IMG/VR virus record: IMGVR_UViG_3300020316_000005
Coordinates: 32,001-96,000 of that record
Source of the DNA: a virus
Taxonomy: Duplodnaviria > Caudoviricetes
Strand: one strand, 5' to 3'
Length of the DNA stretch: 64,000 bases
Positions 46,470 to 57,400 of the stretch are shown here, in pieces (the stretch's first letter is position 1; each line of letters begins with the position of its first letter). The notes below the pieces were generated by a model. That model was not told the DNA's origin. It saw nothing but the letters and a program-made list of their open reading frames with translations, and searched no databases. The translations under genes were made by a program, and so were the position numbers.

Positions 46470-48207
46470 TAAGGTCAAACTCATAGCTGGTGCTGTCTAA
46501 TCTGATAGAAGTTGTTGTAAAACCAGGGTTTGTATTGTCTCTATCAAATGTGACTGCGGTAACATCATATCTTCCATTAGTATCGTCAAACTTGAGAATC
46601 GATGTGTAATCAATCTGTGACTCACTACCAGTGACAGTGAGAATAACAAGGTTTGATGCCAAAGGAGAGTTTTGTGCTTGTTGGGGAGCACCAATAGGTC
46701 CAGTGAGGATACATCTGTACCTATACCCCGTCATATACGCCAGAGCAACAAATGAATATGTTGATGAGGTTGCACCACTAACGTTTGACCACGCAAAGCC
46801 ACCGTCAGTAGATACTTGCCATTGATAATTTATAGGTCCGTTTTCAGGTTCGACGATTGCCAAGACCGAAAATTGTTGAGTACCACCTGCTGCAATAGTT
46901 GCATTAGTTGGTTGATTATTGATAACGAGAGAGGGAGGTTCTGCTGGTCCACCACCTTCACCACCGCCTTGTTCACCACCACCCGATTCTTCCTGACCAA
47001 TACCTTGGTTTGCAGGAATGTTCAGTGCCTCTTTCGATGCAAGACCAAACATATATGGGAACTTAGGTTCCAAAAACTTGTTAGGTCTAGTGGTAACGAC
47101 AGCATTATTTGCCATACCAGAGTGATTTACACAGTAATAGTAAATCGTTGCTGGAGCATCATTAGGAACAACAATTTGAGTATATGCTCCTGCTTGTCCA
47201 GCCTCACCAACTACAGTAACTCCATTGGTATATTCTTGCCCACCAGCGTGGGTACCATTGAGTTGAGTAGAAAAACGAATGGAGTGACTAGCATTTGATG
47301 CATCACTTTGATCAAACTTGTAAGTGCTACCACGAACAAACTCTAGATCAGGATATAGATTGCCATCCAAACGGTATTTATTACCATCACTTTCACTTGT
47401 TACGGTTACAGTATATGTGATGTTCTCAGATTCATCTGGGAACACTGTGACAAAATAAGCAAATGTTCCTAAGGGGAACTCAGGAGTTTTTGCAAACCTT
47501 CCGTTAAATGAATCTAGGTGTCTTCCAGGAATAGACTCGTCATACACAAAATCCTGCATAAAGGATCCTGCAGGGTATGTGCTATAAGAAGGTCTATTTA
47601 CTGCTTCAGTTTCTCTGAGTTTATACCCAGGTTTCATAATCTGCACAGCAGATTCATTATCATTTGGATCGGAGTATCCATAGGGTCCATAAACAGGATA
47701 CCCATCAAAACAATAACCAAGAATCTTGGAGTGCCCATCAGGGTGACGAAGGTTATCACCTTGGAACTGAGTCAAACCATAATAATCATTATATCCAGCA
47801 ATCACCTGGTTTGCTTTCCAGCAATCCATAAAATGAGCATCGTGATAGTGGTATTGCCCCGATTGCTCAGGGTGACCACCACATTCATCCTCACCAAAAT
47901 TAACCTGTGGATTGTGTCCAGCAGCAATCCAGTTAAATCCCGCTGGAGGATCTCCACCATCACCAGCACTGGGATTAAAGAGTGCAACACCATTTGCTGC
48001 AATACCAACAATACCTAAAGGTACAGTAGATCCTCCAGATGTATTATCACCGCCTCTATCTGTAAAAGCGTGACTAAAGGTATAACTTGTAACTGAGTTT
48101 GGGTTATTTGCATTAGGGAACGTTCCGTAACTGACTGGTGTTGGTAATCCATCACCCGTTACCGTTAGGATGTCTGTTACTGCGTTGTAAGAACCTGTTG
48201 CTGCCAT
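46465..48207 (-). CDS. YHYH-domain structural protein with cupredoxin-like and Ig-like domains
   Basis: GIAANGVALFNP, GGHP..GQYHYH, HSKILG...DGYPVYGPYG; YYYCVNHSGM; I..QP...YQWQ...YRC Ig pattern. Confidence 0.85.
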   Translation of the reverse strand: MAATGSYNAVTDILTVTGDGLPTPVSYGTFPNANNPNSVTSYTFSHAFTDRGGDNTSGGSTVPLGIVGIAANGVALFNPSAGDGGDPPAGFNWIAAGHNPQVNFGEDECGGHPEQSGQYHYHDAHFMDCWKANQVIAGYNDYYGLTQFQGDNLRHPDGHSKILGYCFDGYPVYGPYGYSDPNDNESAVQIMKPGYKLRETEAVNRPSYSTYPAGSFMQDFVYDESIPGRHLDSFNGRFAKTPEFPLGTFAYFVTVFPDESENITYTVTVTSESDGNKYRLDGNLYPDLEFVRGSTYKFDQSDASNASHSIRFSTQLNGTHAGGQEYTNGVTVVGEAGQAGAYTQIVVPNDAPATIYYYCVNHSGMANNAVVTTRPNKFLEPKFPYMFGLASKEALNIPANQGIGQEESGGGEQGGGEGGGPAEPPSLVINNQPTNATIAAGGTQQFSVLAIVEPENGPINYQWQVSTDGGFAWSNVSGATSSTYSFVALAYMTGYRYRCILTGPIGAPQQAQNSPLASNLVILTVTGSESQIDYTSILKFDDTNGRYDVTAVTFDRDNTNPGFTTTSIRLDSTSYEFDLT

Positions 48208-48212
48208 AGCAG

Positions 48213-48404
48213 TTACATATTAGAGAAGTTATAGTCCATAATCATTGCAAACAAACTCGATTTCAACTGCTGAAGATACACTTGCTCTTCAGCAGGTCGA
48301 GCAGGAGAACCAGGCCAAATCTCAATTAAATATGATATAGAGTTGTGAAGAGCACGAATTTCATCAATGCTCATCGACCACTGGATGGTGAATTCTTCGT
48401 CCAT
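48213..48404 (-). CDS. Small hypothetical protein (WPGSPARP..EQ..L)
   Basis: 63-aa ORF filling the gap between structural genes. Confidence 0.75.
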   Translation of the reverse strand: MDEEFTIQWSMSIDEIRALHNSISYLIEIWPGSPARPAEEQVYLQQLKSSLFAMIMDYNFSNM

Positions 48405-48409
48405 AATGC

Positions 48410-48417
48410 TATTTAGT
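48410..48417 (-). promoter_or_regulatory. Late promoter (ACTAAATA), 5 bp from the ATG
   Basis: TAAATA core overlapping the stop of the giant gene. Confidence 0.5.
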
Positions 48418-51400
48418 TGTCGTCAAAGATCTGGTCTGAGGTGAATCCTGGGATCACGGTTGCACCGATATTGATCGTTAGGACTGCAGAGTTGGAGAGC
48501 GTTGGAGTTGCGCCCGCTGCAGTGAGACCACATCTGAACTCGTCACCACCATCACCTTGAGTTGTAGCACTCGTAGTGTAAGTTGGGCTAGTTGCGCCTG
48601 GGATGTTAGTCCAGGAAGTTGTTCCATAGTCCTTCTTCTGCCACTGGTAAGCGATTGTACCGCCTGCAGGGTTAGTGGAAGCGACCACGGTGAACGATGC
48701 GGTTTGTCCTTGGTTGACAGTTGTGTTAACTGGTTGAGATTCGATGACGATTGCCTGTTCGCCCTGTGCCTCAGTTTCGCCAGGAGGAACGTAATTCGGA
48801 TCGTAGATGTCAATACCACCGTTGAGAGGAGCACCAGTAGGTGCGAAGAAGTTGTCTGCAACAGTCGTGTTGACTGCAACGGTAGGTTGAACATAACCCT
48901 GACCTGCGTTCTTCACGTCAATGCGTGCGAGACCAACAAGTGCCTTAATGCGTGCACCAAAACCAGAGGAGGAAATCACATCAACCTGTGGGCGTGAACT
49001 GTAACCATCACCAGAGTTGGTAAGAATTGCCTTGGTAACGCGACCCTTTTCAATCTCTGCCAACGCTTGACCGTTACGACCGCGAACAGCGCCTGAGTAT
49101 TCAAACGTGATCAGGGAGTTGGAAGATTCAATCAGAGCAACCTCTCTATTCTCGTCCTCACCTTCGATCTGCAGAATGTCACCCGATTCGATCGGAGGAA
49201 CGACGGTTGCCGCGATAACGTCAACGTCAGAACCGATGTAGGAGAAGGCAACGAAGGTCGAACCTGCGCGAGGAATCTCGGAGAAGATGATTCTAGAACC
49301 AACGATCTCGAAACCAATTCCAGGTTCCTGAATAACACCGTTCAACTGACAGATGATGTTATTCTCAGGTCTAATCGTGTTGGACTGAACACCTTCAGTC
49401 AGAGTCAGTGAGTAGAACACACCACCCAGTTTCAGGTTGAAGGAGTTCCTCAACGAGTCGAAGTCGAAGGAGATGTCATCCAACTGTCTCAGTTTACCCA
49501 CGTAGACGCCGTGGAACGTGGAGTTGATAGCAGGTGCTTCAGTGAACTGAATGTTGTCAGAGAATGCCGTGTAAGCGTTGTTACCGCCAGGAGGTTGGAG
49601 GATACCATTCACGAAGATCATCATATGACCTGCGGGATCTGGGAAGTAAGGAGTTCCGTTCTCAGTGGTCAACTTGAAGTTCTGTTGAGAACCATCAAAA
49701 CCACGGAAGAATCTCTTCACGCGCCCGCGTAAGTATTTCGCCCCACCACAAGCACCTTGGAATCCAAAGTCACCAATAATCTGAGAGTTCTTCTGGAATG
49801 TTCCCCTAGTATCTTCCAGGTGGATAATCAGACGAAGACCAACTTGTTCAATCTTCGCGACCTTACCATATGCAGAAGTCGGTGTGATTGTAACGTTAGA
49901 GATCGCGCTGGTGTAAACACTTGGGAAGTTAGAACCAGGAGGAATCTTGGCAAGTTGATATGCAGTATTGTTTGCAATAGCAGTCAGGTCATTACTCAAA
50001 TCGTTAATGATACCAATGTATCTGTTCGTCTCGTTAGCGAGGTAAACGTGATTGTTATCAGTATCGTGCTCGGTAACCACGAAGGTGTGACCCACAGACT
50101 GACCTGCGTTTTGGAGTTGCAGCACGTCACCGACCTCGAATGTGTCTGTAACACCAGTATCAGTGGTCAAACTTGCATACGTGAAGCGTGTGATCTCTGT
50201 AGAGTGCAGATACTCACCAAATCCAGGAAGAATATTAAATCCTTCAATATCAATGATCTGATCGGTAACAGAACCGTAGATAACATCTCTCTCCTTGAAT
50301 TCGCCTTTGACAGTTTCGATGTCAAATGTAACGCGACCAAGTTGGTTAGCGGTAAGAGCACCGTCATTATTACGGACGATTAGTGCATTTGCCTTACCAG
50401 AATCTTCTTTGGAGTAAATGATGTCAGTTGCAATGAACTCACCCTTGTCGAAGTTGACCAGGATTCTATCGTCGGGAATACTTGTGATCGATGCTTGTGC
50501 ACCGCTAGTAGTTCCCTCAATAACATCACCTTGCTGGAATTGACCACCATTGACGATGAGTTTGACGTAACCCGTACCAGTTGCTCCAGTAGAAGCGAGC
50601 AACGTTGAGGTATTTCCAGTAGCACCCTGAACAACCACAGTTTCACCAAGAGTGAAGAAGGTTTCAGTTGTGACATTAACTTCTGCGTGCTTAACCTTGT
50701 ACATAACCTCTGCGAGGTTGTCCTGAATACGGATAACCTCACCGTATGCACCCGAAGAAGTGCCATAGAAGATGTCAGCAGGTTGAATACCACCAGTGAT
50801 AGGAGTAGGAATGACACGATCACCATATGTAGTGGCAATTCTGTCAATACCGCTCTCACGCAAGCAGACGAGAGTGTGAATTTGACCTGCAGTTCCAGGT
50901 GTCAGACTTGTAATCTTGTGACCATCGATATATTCTGCCAACCAAATGGTATTTGCAGTCGTATCGGGGTGAATATAATATTGCGTGAATGTAAGTTCAG
51001 CAATATTGCTACCGAGAACTTGATAATTGACTCTATCGTATGCCTCAAACGGATGACCCGCAGCAGTGATAGAACCGTTGGTATTGACTGCAACACCAGC
51101 GTCGAAGGACTGCTTAAGGATAACTGTCGGAGGAGTAGAACGCAGCAGAGCAGTCTGAATAAAATGATCAAGTTGATCGATCTTATGCTCAGCGTAAACA
51201 GTTGGGCGAAGTTCGCGATCCGTGTACGTGGGTTCCTGATTGTAAACACCAGGAGTAGTTGCTCTCTGACCAATGATTTCCTTACAGAAATCTTTAATTG
51301 CAGTTGCGTGATAGATCAAATAAGTTCTGAAGACGCCAGGGAATGCAATAAAGTTACCCTCAGCATCGAACCAAGAGTTAACGAGTTGCAGGGTTGCAGC

Positions 51401-54400
51401 ATTACCATCGGTGAGCAAGTCGTAAATGAATGCTTTACGGATAGCACTACCGTATGCTTCATCACCACCATAACCACTATACTGCTGAGCAGTCTTGTAG
51501 TATGCCTCACGGTTGATGTAATTATCGTTGATAATGAGCAGACGTGCTGCCTGACGATACATCTCACCTGCTCTACCCAGAGTATCCTCAAGAAGATCGA
51601 AGAGAACATTGGAAGCAGATCTAACGTTGTAGCAAAGACCACCACCATTATTCAGAGTGTTACCAGTTGCCTTGGTGGTTCTAACGAGACCACTATTTGT
51701 CAACCAGTTGCCGCTACCTGCTGCAGCAGTTTCAACGACGTTGATCACGTAAGAGAACAGGGTGTCAATAGAAGCAGAAACCAGAGCACAGTCACCGTTA
51801 CCTGCCATATCATAGGTAATATCGATGTCACGTCTGAGTGCACGCTCACCAGTAAGTGGCCACTCATCAGGAAGTGTTCTCGTCACACCATTCAGATAAG
51901 CCTGAGGGTTAGCAGTTTGCGTGAACAGGTTGATAGGAATACCCATCAGTGTTGTAACTGCTGCTGCCTCATTCTGGCAAGTAGGGTTAGCACTGTCAGT
52001 TGTGATTGTGCTGTCAATCGCTTGAGTTCCTTCTGTTGTACCGTTGGTTGTAACAGACTGATTTCTGAGAACCTCAATAGCAATATCGCGTGCCTGTTCC
52101 ATAATGTACTTGGTCTCAGTTGCCTGAGAAAGCACGTGAACAACTGCGTTAGCGTTGCTGATGTAGAACTCAGTTGCGTAGTACATCTTGTTGTTGCCAC
52201 CGTGCTTCAAGTTGAAGATCAGAGCATTCAGGATGTCAATAACGTCGTCAACACAGTTCTGATAACCACCAGGGATGACGAGAGAAGGATAGTTTGTGAT
52301 GCCACGTCCAACTGCAGTTGTAGCAATGAATCTAAGGTTATTTTCAATGCTATTTGCAGAATCGTAGAAACCATTTGCAGTTGCATTGTTATCATAATCA
52401 CCGCGAGGGACGCCACCGCCACCGCCGCCACCAAGAGCACCACCGCCTCCAGTGGACTCCTCGAAGGGATTAAACCCAAGCTTGTTGCGGATCGCGAGAA
52501 TTGACATATCACGTGCCAACTTATAGGCGTGAACAGTCTCTGCAGATTGATTGGTAACGTGCTGCAGACCCATCTGAGTATCCAGATAGAGTGCAGATGC
52601 GTCGTAAGACTTCTCGTTTACTGTGAATCTGAGGTCGTGGCAGACTGCATTGATGTAATCAACCAGGTCATCTTCACAGTTGACCTTACCACCAGGAACT
52701 TTGAATCCATTATGCTTAAACGCAGAGGTCTTCATAACCAGATCAACCGCTTCCTCAGCGATGATACGTGCATTTGCCTCTAGGATGTTTGCAGAATCAA
52801 GTGCACGATCGGTACCAGAGAAGATGTGGGGATCGGGAGGATAGAAAGTGCTCTCAGTAATTTCAGCACCATCAACACTGTAGTTGACAGCAGGATCGTA
52901 AACCTTTCTGTATGCGGGGAGGTCAGTGTACTGATACTGATAGAAATCGTTAATTGTTTGAGCGTTAGTTCCAGTCAGGTTAGCAATGTTCTCATTACGA
53001 CCAACCAACAGGTTTTCCAGTGCTTTACCACACAGGAACTTCACATCTTCAAATGCATCCAGCATAGGAAGAAGTTCACCTTCAATGTAGTTGATGTCTT
53101 CTTGACTATCCAGGTAAGAATCGATAATACCTTGGATATTGGAGTTACCACCAGTAATCAAGTCACCAGCAACAGCAGGGATAATGTGATCTCTGAGATC
53201 TCGGATGCACTTCTCTCTGTTGGGGATAGTGAGTTTGCTTTGCTGATAGAACGCAATGTTGACAAGCCATTTCTCTTCCAGCATTGCCACTGCCTCATCA
53301 GCAATAGACTTACGGTTGAAGTAGAGAAGGTCAGCACCATCACGGAATCTGTGACCAGTTGGAGCAATAACATCCAACATATTGTCAATCAGATCAGTAA
53401 TAAAGGTTGTGATTTGAGAAGACGCTGGTGAAGAGAAGTAGTTGGGAACACGAATTCTGTCGGTATATTCACCAGTCAGATCATCTTGGTTTGCAGTGAT
53501 AACATCAATACAGATCTTACCAACTTCACGCCAGGTATAGATGGACTGGAGAAGTTCACCATTCACGTGCTTCAGAGCACCAGATCCTTCCAGGTATCCA
53601 CGACCTGCAACGATAGTGTTGAAGTTGCCACCATAACGAAGATCGTTAATGATTGCGGGGATGATAAAGGAGTGAGTATCACGGAGACACTTGTCGGTAC
53701 CTGTAGTAGCGAGACCAACGTCTCCAGGAATAACAAAGTCAGGATACTTTGCCTTCATACGACCAACTGCTTCTTCTGCAATCCAGAAGCGGTTCTTATC
53801 AATGATCTCAGCACATTCACGATAATCATCGCGAGAAACATCAACTTCCTCAGTCATAATCTCACTACGCCACAGTTCAACACCGTCAGCAGTTGCAGAA
53901 GAGATTATGGTCTGACCATAAGTCGCGTAGATTGCAGTAGTTTCCATCGGGAACGGTTGACTACCGTTAAGACCGAATGTGACATCAAGACCTTCGTATA
54001 TTGTAGTGTATACGGTGGGGGGAGTAAAAGTAGAAGAATATGCAGCGGATTTTCTGATGACCATTTGGTCCAGATGTCCGTCATAGGTTTCACCATTGTT
54101 CCAAGCAGCACCAACCTTGAACGCTGTATCGCCATAGTCGTTATTGTCGGTATAATCAGAACCGACTTGCGTACCGTTCACGAACATCTTAGTAACGTTC
54201 GATGCACGGGAAACAGCGATGTGATACCAGGTATCGATGGTTGTGATAGCACCAGTAGCAGTGATATGGTCACCAGCACCAGTACCATAACGGAGAGAGG
54301 TTCCACTCATAAAGATTGTTGGTGCAACGCTTGAAGATGTGGGACGAGCGTCGATAATTCTTTGAACACCAGTTACGCTGTCAGGGCGAATCCAAGCTTC

Positions 54401-57400
54401 AATAGTGAAGTCGGCAGTACCAAAATTGACTCTTTGGTCAGCAATCATATCAATTTTGCTACCAGATCCACTGAAATCAAGAGATCCAGGTCCAACACCA
54501 AATGTAATGTTGTCTACGGAGACGTTTGCATAGGTAATCTTGGAGTTGGTGATATACTCATTTCCAGAGAACGAACCAGTAACACCCTTGGTGTAGATCC
54601 ACTTGTTACCAGCATTTGTACCGATAATTTCGGCGGTAGCACCAGAGGTGATACCCTTCATCGTGTCACCGAAGTTGAAGAATCCACCAGAAGACTTATT
54701 ACTATAGTTGTGCTTGATAGAACGAATAGTTTCGTTATCTTCAAACGCATAAGGGGGTTCAACACGAGTAACATTACTGATAGACCACTGATAGGTTGCA
54801 GGATCTGCACCTGTAGGATCTTGCAAAGAATCTGTAATGATCTTAATAAAGTTGGTAACAGCAGATGTCTGACTCACGCAAGCAGTGCTGCTACCGATAG
54901 ATGTTCTACCATCAGCATAGTTTGCTTGAGGTGCAGTCTTGGTATATGCTGCTTCAAATGCTGCCAAAGTTCCAGGAGATGCTGTAGTACCCAGAGCATT
55001 GATGGGAATATCCATCAGAGTTGTAATTGCAGCAGCAACTGCTTGACAAGTCGGGTTAGCAGGATCGGCAGTAATAGAAGTGTCAGTCACTTGGTTCCAA
55101 CCGTGGGAACCTTGCTTAACAACAGCTTCGTTTCTCATAATGCTGATTGCCATCGCCTTTGCCTTGGTGAAGGCATTTACGGTGTCATCTTCATAGCCAG
55201 CAACGTGTGCACCTGCCATATAGTAACGAGTTGCATCGTAAACGAAATCATTACCACCGTGTGCCAAGTTATATGCCATCGACTCAACCATATCCACGAT
55301 GTCGGACAGGCAGTTAACATCTCCACCAGGAACTGTCAGAGATGGATTCTGCACCTTAGCGTAGTGCAGTGATTCGTGTGCGATATACCACTTGTTAGCA
55401 AGGATCAGTGTACGAGCGTCAGCGTGACTGTTGCTAACAACTTCATATTCAGGAGTTAGAGTCAGATCCTTCCACTGAGTCAGATTTGTATACTCAGTAT
55501 CAATATTCTCCATTCTGATGCACTTCAGAGCAAGATCTCTTGCTGCGTTCATTGCATAGATGGTTTGAGGAACTGCACCGTCAAGATGGTAGATTGCCTG
55601 GTTCTGGACATATGTGTTAGCAATATCCCAGATCTCAGAGTTGCCATCAAACTCAAGTTGCCAAGCAGCTGCGTTGATAACATCAACGATGTCATCCATA
55701 CAATCCTGATTACCACCAACACTATTGATACTAAAGGAGGGGTAGAAATTCAACATATCACCCACGGCTTCTTCAGCAATGAAGCGTGCATTCTTCACCA
55801 ATGCGTCAGATGCGTTCTTAGCACGAGTATCAGTAACTTGCTTGAGAGAAGAGTTGCCGAAGTAAATCTTCTTCAATCTGATATTGGTTCCAGGTGCAAA
55901 ATCGGTACCAGTCAGCTGATCGTAACGAATTTCTTGGTTGCGAACAGACTCAAAGTCAAGGAAATCTTGGTTATTAGGAGTCTCAAGATCATTGAGTTCT
56001 GTTGGGTTAATAACAGTTTCACCAATGTCGTCAAGAATGACGTTCGGGAATGTTGTTGAGGGAACTCTCTGGAAGACAAGAGCAAAGAACGAAGATGCAG
56101 GAGACAAATCAACCTGGTCAATAACCTGATTGCTAGTATCATCGGTATATGGAGCGATGACAGTAACAGTTGCGGCAATTTTAGATCTGGAAGAGTAGAT
56201 AACATCGTTGAACTTGATGTTAAATTCACCAGTCTCAAACTTATCAGTACCAGAAGTACGAGAAACGACCAAATCAGTACCAATAACACCACCAGACAAG
56301 TTATTTTCTTCAATAATTGCAAAGTCGCCCTTGAGGTTGGTGATTCTCTCACCTTGTTCAAAGATCGTCTTAGAAGTAACGGGGTTTACAGTTGCAAGAG
56401 TGGAGTTGAATCCAGTTGCACTACTCAGAATTTGTTCGTTGGTTTGGAATGTACCTTCAATATCAAAAACATCGATGTAGTCAACACCAGAATCAATAAC
56501 AGTTGCGGTTGCCTCAGAAACAATACCTCTAACAGTATTACCAGTCAGCGGGAAGATACCACCAATATTGCTGAACGTTAAACGGGTCAGAGAAATTTGA
56601 GAATATGTAAGTTCACGGAATTTAATTCTAGAAGGTGCCTTTGGAGGTTCAGAGAACACAATAGAAGGACCAGCAGTAGAGAATGATTCTTGAGGTGCCT
56701 GTGCAACACCGTTAATCAACACAAACATCTGAGTTTCAGTTGCTGTGATAGATTCACCCTCAACATTCAGCGGGAACTGAGTTTTAATACCATTGAAGTC
56801 ACCAGAAACATCATCGATCTTCTTAACGATAGAGGTTAGAATTTCCTCAGAGTTAGTAAGTCTCTTCTGTCTGAAAAGTACCTCAGTGTTATTGAACTGG
56901 GTATAGATCGGTTGTGCGTTAGCAAATGATGTAATTTCATTGATATTAGTGAAGGAGTTGATATTAACTTCCTTGATCAAGTCGGAAATAACTTTACGAC
57001 CCGAAATATCCTTACCACCCGTGATTGCTAGTTCACCGAAGAGGTTGAAACCAACAGGGTGATTTGTTTCCAGAACAGACTTTCTCCAGTCGTTAATAGG
57101 TGTCTGAGACTTAATAACGTAAGAGAAGTTCTGATAGAAATAAGAATCTTGGATCTTCTGAACGATTTCGGAGGGTTTACCCACGTCATCGATAAACTGA
57201 CCAGGTGTATTAGTCAGAGATGCAATGTTCAGAGTACCGCGAGCAATAGACAGGTTATCAACCAAACCAGATGCACGAGACACCTGACCAGTTACACGCT
57301 CACCTTCTTTCCAGATACCATCATAGTTTTCAAGTTTCAGGATACGAGGACCGATCTGCCAACCTTCGTTAGTAGAAACATAACCAGTTGCAGATGCAAG

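Noticed and set aside
50687-52504. 605-aa plus-strand ORF and the many other long plus-strand ORFs opposite g7, g18, g46 and the fibres
   Set aside because: All are antisense mirrors of clear minus-strand genes, with atypical S/T/C/V-rich composition.
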